Assembly (NCBI GenBank): GCA_043228905.1
Contig: JBHGNT010001494.1
Coordinates: 1 to 7,116 of the forward strand
DNA from: Azolla caroliniana
Taxonomy: Eukaryota > Plantae > Polypodiophyta
Direction of reading: 5' to 3'
Length of the DNA: 7,116 nt
Below the pieces are notes generated by a model. It saw only the letters and a list, made by a program, of their open reading frames with translations. It did no database searches and had not been told where the DNA came from. This document shows, piece by piece, positions 1-6,429 of the stretch (its first letter is position 1; each line of letters opens with the position of its first letter). A program made the position numbers and the translations under genes.

Positions 1-995
1 AAGTACAACTAAAACAAACTACCTAGATCATGGTAATGGCTATGTCTTTAGGTCTCTACCAATAAACATGAATAGTTAATCTAGTCCAAGGTGATTTATA
101 TATATGTTTTGCTATAAATCCATATGATGTACCCATTTAAAGCCTAAATCTAGAAAAGTTTAAATTTGAATTGTATGTATATGATAGGATTTGATAACAT
201 CTACTAGGATCTTTACCAATTCAAATCCTAGTCATGGCCCAAATTTGATGTCAATTATACTTTTATTATGATCTTCATGGCATGCAAACATATTTGTGTG
301 TATCTCCTAGATCATGGTTTGTCATCAATGAAAGGCTCCATCTTAGCCACCAAATTTGCCCACCTTTAGCACCATGTCTAGCTAGATTAACTTCCACATT
401 GGTTGGTTAATACCTCTATTTGCATGGAGTTTTGAAGAAGCCATAATGCATATTACTCATTTGCATTTGTGCATATTCCCCAAATCAAATCCAATTAGAT
501 ATGCTCTCTTAATGGTTAGGTGAAAAATATATCAGTAACCAAAATAATCTTTTCTCACACACGGTGATTTGTAAGGTATTCTCGTGTTGAACATGAATAC
601 CAATTCAGAGTTCTCATCATTCTTCATGAAAGGTTTCATAATTCAAAGGGTCAATTTATCGTAAATCAAGTTCATAATGTGAAAGTGTCATGTAACAAGA
701 AAATTGATAATCCTTGGAAGTATTAGTTATTAGTTATGAAAACGAGCTAATTCTTGAATGGATTTACCTTAACCCTTAAAATTATGTCAAAAGGTTGAAA
801 CATGACCTATCAGGGCTTACTACAATCAATTATGCTAATGTCATCCCTTAGATAGTGGCTAATAAAGTTTTTATACGTAAGAATGTAGATGATTTCTTCA
901 AGACATGCTCATTTTGCTAGAGACGATTTGGAATTTCATTTACTTTTAGTGCTAATTCTTAAAATGAGCTAATATTTCTTGCATATCTTTTATAG

Positions 996-1207
996 TTGTT
1001 AGCCATACAAAAGTACTTGAAGCAACAAATGTTGCACAAAGATTTAGTTTTGAAGACATTCGGATGGCGACAAACAATTTCACAACAATCCTCGGTAAGG
1101 GTGGTTTTGGCATTGTATATAAGGGCATTCTGACGAATGGAGTTGTTGTAGCAGTTAAAGTTTTATCTAATGCATCACACCAGGGAGTAGAAGAATTTCT
1201 CAATGAG
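996..1207 (+). CDS. LRR-I-type receptor-like kinase, exon A (juxtamembrane region plus kinase subdomains I-III); gene is 5'-partial
   Basis: Acceptor tcttttatag| ends at 995. Translation from 998 reads [70 protein letters not shown], containing GxGGFG, the VAVK lysine and the alphaC Glu. Donor GAG|gtattt at 1208. The exon start is slightly uncertain because a second AG lies at 1001-1002. Confidence 0.92.
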
Positions 1208-1377
1208 GTATTTGAAAAAATGGATTTTCCAATATTCTTTCGGAGTGATCAATAAAATGCACATCTACACCATTCTATACATTTACTTCATTTTTTATTC
1301 GTGACTTGTACAGAGATAGTAGAAATCTTAGTGAAAGCTTGTTAATTTGTTGTTTTTTCATAACATTTTGACTATAG

Positions 1378-1501
1378 GTCACTCTTCTATCTCGAGTGCA
1401 TCATAAGAACCTTGTGGAGTTGGTAGGATATTGTATTGACAATAACTTGATGCTCGTTTATGAATTTATGTCGGAGGGATCATTTTTTGATGCTCTTTTT
1501 G
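1378..1501 (+). CDS. Receptor-like kinase exon B (subdomains IV-V)
   Basis: actatag|GTC ... TTT G|gtaagt. 124 nt encoding VTLLSRVHHKNLVELVGYCIDNNLMLVYEFMSEGSFFDALF. Missing from the ORF track but in phase with exon A. Confidence 0.95.
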
Positions 1502-1672
1502 GTAAGTATCATAACACCTCTAAAATATGCCATCATCATATGTAGTATGTACATAAGGTAACACAATAAGAGATCATAACATTATTTTTTATATTAGTCA
1601 TGATGTGTTAACTGATTATAGTTTTGTATAAATAATAATTCATTGAAATGTGTTTGATGAAAAACAATGAAG

Positions 1673-1738
1673 GCAAAGCACGGACAACGTCCTTAAAGTG
1701 GAGAGAGAGATTGCAAATTTTGTTAGATGCTGGTCAAG
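1673..1738 (+). CDS. Receptor-like kinase exon C (subdomain VIa)
   Basis: aatgaag|GC ... CAA G|gtaaaa. 66 nt encoding (G)KARTTSLKWRERLQILLDAGQ(G), matching the RLK LxWxxRLxIxxDAAxG motif. Phase 1 at both ends. Confidence 0.9.
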
Positions 1739-1861
1739 GTAAAAAATTTAGTCAAATTAACATTTGGTCAATTGTATATGTATGAGTGTATGTGTGCTTT
1801 TATGGTACATATTTGAAACTTTTCAAGTATCTAATCTCATCTTAAAAGATATTGCTTGTAG

Positions 1862-2045
1862 GGCTTGCTTATCTACACAATGGATGCAACTCTCTAATAA
1901 TCCACAGGGATGTCAAGAGTAGTAACATTTTGTTAACCAAAAGGTTAGAGGGAAAAATGTCTGATTTTGGTATATCAAGGCTACAAGCCAATGGTGACGA
2001 CTTCACAACAAGGTTGATCGGAAGCATGGGATATTTGGATCCTGA
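1862..2045 (+). CDS. Receptor-like kinase exon D (catalytic loop and activation segment)
   Basis: cttgtag|GG ... CCT GA|gtaagt. Encodes LAYLHNGCNSLIIHRDVKSSNILLTKRLEGKMSDFGISRLQANGDDFTTRLIGSMGYLDPE, with HRD (RD kinase), DFG and DPE. Confidence 0.96.
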
Positions 2046-2247
2046 GTAAGTTTTCATTTATTCCATTTATGCATACAATTTTTTTAGAAGTTAGCATTTT
2101 AAATCATCTAAAGTTAATTAGCACAACAATTTGCAGTAGATTTTGATGTGAGGAGTAAAACTTGAAGTTTATCTCGTGAATGTAATTTGTGAAAAAACGA
2201 ATTATTTACTCAAAATCATGACTTCTTTCAATGTCCTTTTAAACTAG

Positions 2248-2386
2248 GTATGCATTGACGTTGAGATTGACAGAAAAAGTTGATGTATATAGCTTTGGGG
2301 TAGTTCTCTTTGAAGCTATGTGTGGTCAACTTCCTTTAATAAGAGACACAAAAATAGGGAATACTGACATTCAGATATCCCAATGG
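2248..2386 (+). CDS. Receptor-like kinase exon E (subdomains IX-X)
   Basis: aaactag|G TAT ... TGG|gtaatc. 139 nt encoding YALTLRLTEKVDVYSFGVVLFEAMCGQLPLIRDTKIGNTDIQISQW. Confidence 0.95.
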
Positions 2387-2471
2387 GTAATCATCATTTA
2401 TACCATTATATTTGAGCTTAGGGAACATTTGTTTTAGATTACAAAAGTAATTTTGGTTTTGAGTGCTTTAG

Positions 2472-2729
2472 GTGAAACCATACTATGAGCAAGGTGAAAT
2501 AGAAAAAGTTGTCGACAAAAGACTTGGCAATGAGTACAATGTATCATCTATATGGAAAGTGGCAGAGATTGCAATGGCATGTGTCCAATATGAGGGGAGC
2601 ACACGACCTACTATGAATATTGTTTGTAGTGAATTGATGGACGCCATAAGATTAGAATCTGGTTATGTTGGAGTTTCACCTACCACAACAGGAGAATTTT
2701 TCCCTTCAACAGAAGTGCAAGCTCGATGA
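2472..2729 (+). CDS. Receptor-like kinase terminal exon F (subdomain XI and C-terminal tail)
   Basis: gctttag|GTG. Encodes VKPYYEQGEIEKVVDKRLGNEYNVSSIWKVAEIAMACVQYEGSTRPTM...PSTEVQAR*. The YNxSSxWKVAEIAMAC segment and the terminal xAR* are characteristic of LRR-I RLKs. The six exons total 983 nt with no internal stop. Confidence 0.95.
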   Translation: MKPYYEQGEIEKVVDKRLGNEYNVSSIWKVAEIAMACVQYEGSTRPTMNIVCSELMDAIRLESGYVGVSPTTTGEFFPSTEVQAR

Positions 2730-2767
2730 ACTAATATAAAGTCATAATGACAAATGATTATTATCTT

Positions 2768-2797
2768 ATTGTATTTTTTATTTATTCATTGAATAAA
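2768..2797 (+). terminator. Putative polyadenylation signal of the kinase gene
   Basis: U-rich tract (ttgtattttttatttatt) followed by AATAAA at 2792-2797, about 60 nt after the stop codon. Confidence 0.45.
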
Positions 2798-3092
2798 TTT
2801 CCCTTTTGCAAGCGACGAGAAAATTTCATGTCTGTACCTTGCAATGGAAGAACTATGGATTTTCCTGATGTGAAATAACCCAAATTATGTTTGTATATAT
2901 GTGATGAAGCATGCTTACTTATAGCAATGGGCCCGGTTTGGTTCGATTTCTTGGCCTTGAAACCAAACCAAACTGTTTACGGAAATTTTAGAACCAAACC
3001 AAACTGGTTTATCAAAAATCAAAACCAAACCAAATCACTTTTTTGAGATATTGATTATCATACATATTATGGATTTATGTGAGAAAATCATC

Positions 3093-3206
3093 ATAAATTT
3101 GGTCATTATACTTATTATAAATTTAGTTATCACACTTATTATAAATTTGGTCATCATACCTTTCATAAATTTGGTCATCATACTTATATAAATTTGATAA
3201 TCATAC
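3093..3206. repeat. 24-bp minisatellite inside the MITE, about 4.8 copies
   Basis: Units start at 3093, 3117, 3141, 3165 and 3188; consensus ATAAATTTGGTCATCATACTTATT. Confidence 0.9.
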
Positions 3207-3318
3207 ATCAAAGGGACACTCTACTTATAATGTATATAAAATTTAATAACTTAGAGCTTAGAGGTTTAAAATTAAAAGCTGAAAGTTAGCCTAGAGATGA
3301 AAATTTAGGAATATTTTT

Positions 3319-3355
3319 TAACCTATAAACCTATAAACCTTTAAACCTTTAAACC
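3319..3355. repeat. 8-bp tandem repeat AAACCT(A/T)T inside the MITE, about 4.5 copies
   Basis: Sequence reads taacctataaacctataaacctttaaacctttaaacc. Confidence 0.8.
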
Positions 3356-4216
3356 AAACCACAAAACTAAAACTACTAAACCATGAAATTCAAAACCGAA
3401 CCGAACCGAAACCAAACCGGATCATAACATTTGAAACCAAACCAAACGGTTTATTTATTTTTGAACCAATAAACCGTTAAGCCACGATTTAACGGTTCGG
3501 TTCGGTTTGAGCCGAAACCGGGCCCATTGCTACTTACTTATTAGCTAAATTGGGTACTATATTTTGTCATTGGAAAATAACCGAAATTATGTTTGTATAT
3601 ATGTGAAGAAGCATGCTTACTTATTAGCTAAATTGGGTACTCTATTTTGTCATTGGAATATTTTTGGCCCATTCAAGAATGCTTTGTTTGCAATGCATGT
3701 AGTGTTTAGACTTATAAACACTTGCATTAGAATTGTGATAAGAACTTAAGGTGATGTGCTCTCACAAAGAAATATAGGCACTAACCAAGTTGCAATACTT
3801 AGAGAAAAGTTTGTCCCAAAGTGGAATCATCTAGAGTAATTGTTTTGTTAAATTTCTGAATGTTATGCAAATATAGTTTTGCGTGATCACTCATGCGTAT
3901 GCTACTTAAGTTGGACAATTTGGGGCATTCACCAAGGAAGACATGATACAGATGGAGGGTTGCTTAGGGTTTGACAAATCTTATTTGTGTCTAGTGTCGG
4001 ACAAACCTTCTTGTGCTCCTTTTATGCTTTGCCTTTGCAAAAGGCCTATGTGCTTATTTTTTTGCAAAGCCTTTGTGTGTTTGTAGCCATTCATGTAACT
4101 GTGAACTCGGTGTAACAATGGCCTATGTGGGGCTTGAGTGTGCTCCCAACCTTTATTATTTGCTCTCTTGTAAGGTCTTCATGCTTTCATCTTGTGAGAA
4201 GGATTCATACTTTCAT

Positions 4217-4452
4217 GCCTTTGTGACCTCTCGACTTTGCATGTTCATGGGTGTTCACATGCTTGCGGTCTTTGTGCTTGCAAGCTTTGGGCTTTGGGCT
4301 TTTGTCTCATTTAAAGTGTTTGTGGTTCCAAGACTTCATGGACTCGCGACCTTTGCACATTTGTGGGCATTCATAGGCTAGTTGTTTTTGTGCATTCGTG
4401 GGCCTTCATATGTTGGTCGTCTTCGTGGGCTTCTCGACTATGTGCATTCATT
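4217..4452. repeat. Degenerate 35-bp repeat cluster, probably TE-derived
   Basis: 4236-4270 tttgcatgttcatgggtgttcacatgcttgcggtc; 4352-4386 tttgcacatttgtgggcattcataggctagttgtt; 4387-4421 tttgtgcattcgtgggccttcatatgttggtcgtc. A recurring (c/t)tc(t/g)cgac motif occurs at 4228, 4343 and 4431. Confidence 0.7.
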
Positions 4453-4541
4453 CTGGGGTCGGCATTGCTCATTATCGTGATGTGGGGAACTCATGAGAGG
4501 AAATGCATGAAACTTAGGATACATTAAAGGTTGAGGGATAG

Positions 4542-4648
4542 TGTTACGAGCATATCCCGTGGTAAGTTTTACCGTAGTATTCTGTCCACGTGCATAAAAT
4601 ACTACAGTAAAACTTACCACAGGATATTATATGGTCATGCTCGTAACA
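4542..4648. repeat. 107-bp fold-back palindrome with TGT...ACA termini, centred on CACGTG
   Basis: Outer 12-bp inverted repeat TGTTACGAGCAT/ATGCTCGTAACA. Inner 76-bp spacer-less palindrome at 4552-4627 with 33 of 38 pairs matched. Confidence 0.93.
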
Positions 4649-5550
4649 AATTGGGCAAAACTATGACAAGAAGTACAAGAGGCACAATAAGGCCCAATAC
4701 AACAAAAACATATAGTTCAACTAGCAAGAACTTACTGATGGAATGTATAAACAAAGGCATTATGTAAGCCTCAATAGATCAAATGAAGGGAATATGTATG
4801 GACAAACATGGTAATCAACATTTTCTCACACCAAGTCCCCAAAGAAGATAAGTGAAAGTGTATATTAAAAGAAGTAATATTATTTTCATTTGCAGGATGA
4901 AACATGAGATGCCTATGAAAGGGACAAAAGAGTTCATTGACATGTGAGCTTATATTAAACAAGGTGGAAGAGTTGCGGAAACTCTACTCAACCACAATAT
5001 TGTGAATCAAGAGCGTGTTCAAGATGGACAATGAAAAAAGACGCCAAAGCTGTCACTCGTATGTTAGTTGAACTGGAACTTGAGGACCTCCTCTTGAAGC
5101 TCCTCTTATTCATACATATTTTCCTTTAAGCCACTTCATGTAATGGAGTCAAATTTGATGTTTTTGTATCTGAATTGATCCCATAACTTATGATGTATCA
5201 TGTTCTCTTAATATCTATATTAAAGTTATTTCTAGAAAACCTCCTATCTATGCTATTTTGTTAAGAAACGAGCTCAACAAAAGCATGTTATGCTTATTGG
5301 TAATTGAGATATTCTATAGTAGCTATTAGGAAATTAGCTACCATTAGACATATATATTATAGGTAAAACAACTATTTAGCTACTCACAACTAATTAGTTG
5401 AATATGTAAGTCAATTATATACTTATGTAAAAAGTAAGAGTGAGTAGGAGAGTGAAGTAAGAAGAGACGTAAGTAGATAGACGAGAGAGGTTTTTCACTG
5501 TGAAATGAAATAAAACGTTTTTGGGCTGCTATAGAGGTGAGTCTCCTTTC

Positions 5551-5581
5551 CCCTTATAAAAATTCCTTTCTCTCTTCCTTT
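5551..5581 (+). promoter_or_regulatory. TATA box followed by a pyrimidine (Y-patch) tract; probable TE promoter
   Basis: ccctTATAAAAattcctttctctcttccttt, with TATAAAA at 5555-5561. Confidence 0.4.
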
Positions 5582-5962
5582 GAAACCTAAACGATCCTCC
5601 ACATCACGATCCGCTGTTGCACTAAGAAGAGTCATAGCAGCTTCATAACATATTTGTGATTTAATAAGGGTTGCACTAGATTTTTCAGCTCAAAAACTTG
5701 AGAATGGTACAAAAAGATACCCGAAAATTGTGCAATTTCGACAGAAACCAATTCTGGGATAGGGCTCTGAATAATTGGTACATCAACATGAAGAAATCAA
5801 TGTGAGGGTTATGTCAGATTTTATGGATTGTGAATTTGGCCACTAAGTAAAAAATTATGAGCAATTGAAGATTTTTCGGAGGTAGGAGTCGATCCTACCA
5901 TACCAACGGAAGCCAATGTCCGACAAAAGAAGGGACAAATTTGTAACCTTGAAAACATTTAA

Positions 5963-6168
5963 TTCCTTATGTGCCACGTTAGCATTGAGGAAATTTCCTC
6001 TAGTGCTATGACAACATGGAGGAAACATTCCTTGAGTACCACATTGGCATTGAGGGATTTTCTTATAGAGTCATTTGGCATTCAAGGAAATTTTCTTGAG
6101 AGCCACTTGGCATTCGAGGACAATTTCCTACAATGCCACATGTGATGGCATTGACCTGTTGAGGAAAT
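5963..6168. repeat. Array of about 6 self-complementary 32-33-bp repeats
   Basis: Units start at 5963, 5995, 6028, 6060, 6092 and 6125. Approximate consensus TTCCTYGAGTGCCAC-TTGGCATTYGAGGAAA, so each unit is an imperfect palindrome. Confidence 0.85.
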
Positions 6169-6429
6169 CTCAAGATCGAGGCTTTGAACTCGAGTTGAGG
6201 AGATTCCTTGAGCTAGCGATTGCTGCAATAAACACTATAATAGTTGTCCCTATGTGTGCTATCATCACTGGCCGTTGACACCACAATTACCTATCGTAAC
6301 CATCACCACCTAAAAGTGAGGGAAATGGATTCCATCACTCTACCAAGTCATGATCTTCCTTCCTCTCCCAGTTTTACACTTTCACTTACACCTTGACTTT
6401 TACCATTTACATTTCTTTAACAAACCTTT

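Larger units (their letters stand above)
2922..3532. mobile_element. Non-autonomous hAT-superfamily element (MITE), 611 bp
   Basis: Perfect 18-bp TIRs TAGCAATGGGCCCGGTTT (2922-2939 and 3515-3532). Perfect 8-bp TSD CTTACTTA (2914-2921 and 3533-3540). Dense subterminal AAACC/AACCG motifs. No coding capacity. Confidence 0.95.
2873..3657 (+). repeat. 83-bp tandem duplication; copy 1 (2873-2921 plus 3541-3574) is split by the MITE and copy 2 (3575-3657) is intact
   Basis: The copies align without gaps once the MITE and one TSD are removed (offset 702 = 83 + 611 + 8). Three substitutions in 83 bp. Confidence 0.95.
5259..6422. mobile_element. Possible LTR-like or other TE-terminal segment; boundaries tentative
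   Basis: Starts TGTTAAGAAA and ends TTTCTTTAACA, an imperfect inverted terminus with TG...CA. Contains a TATA box followed by a CT-rich tract and internal tandem repeats. No matching TSD (tattt vs aacct) and no PBS or PPT recognised. Confidence 0.3.

Noticed and set aside
952-1203. Minus-strand 83-aa ORF (and the 62-aa ORF at 1869-2057)
   Set aside because: Antisense shadows of kinase exons A and D with no independent motifs.
3319-3355. Interstitial telomeric repeat
   Set aside because: The unit is 8 bp (AAACCTWT), not the 7-bp AAACCCT, and it lies within the MITE's AAACC-rich region.
3564-3749. 61-aa ORF, plus ORFs at 4771-4962, 6075-6278 and 6417-6668
   Set aside because: They overlap the duplication, the repeat array or the antisense strand of relic sequence. 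All are short and have no domain evidence.
4013-4381. 122-aa hydrophobic, Cys-rich ORF resembling a membrane protein
   Set aside because: Non-ATG start, and the composition is explained by T/G-rich degenerate repeats. No domain is recognisable.
4438-4767. Overlapping ORFs 4438-4620 (-) and 4531-4767 (+)
   Set aside because: Short, run through the palindrome and lack recognisable motifs.
5763-5786. tRNA-Met primer-binding-site-like words (gctctgaata; tggtacatca)
   Set aside because: Only partial matches to TGGTATCAGAGC and not adjacent to a clear LTR end.
5881-5899. Hairpin GGTAGGA-gtcga-TCCTACC as a terminator or Helitron 3' hairpin
   Set aside because: Only a 7-bp stem, with no CTRR end at the expected distance; could be chance.
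5963-6168. CRISPR-like appearance of the palindromic 32-bp repeats
   Set aside because: Units are contiguous and degenerate with no unique spacers, there are no cas genes, and the context is an intron-containing plant locus.
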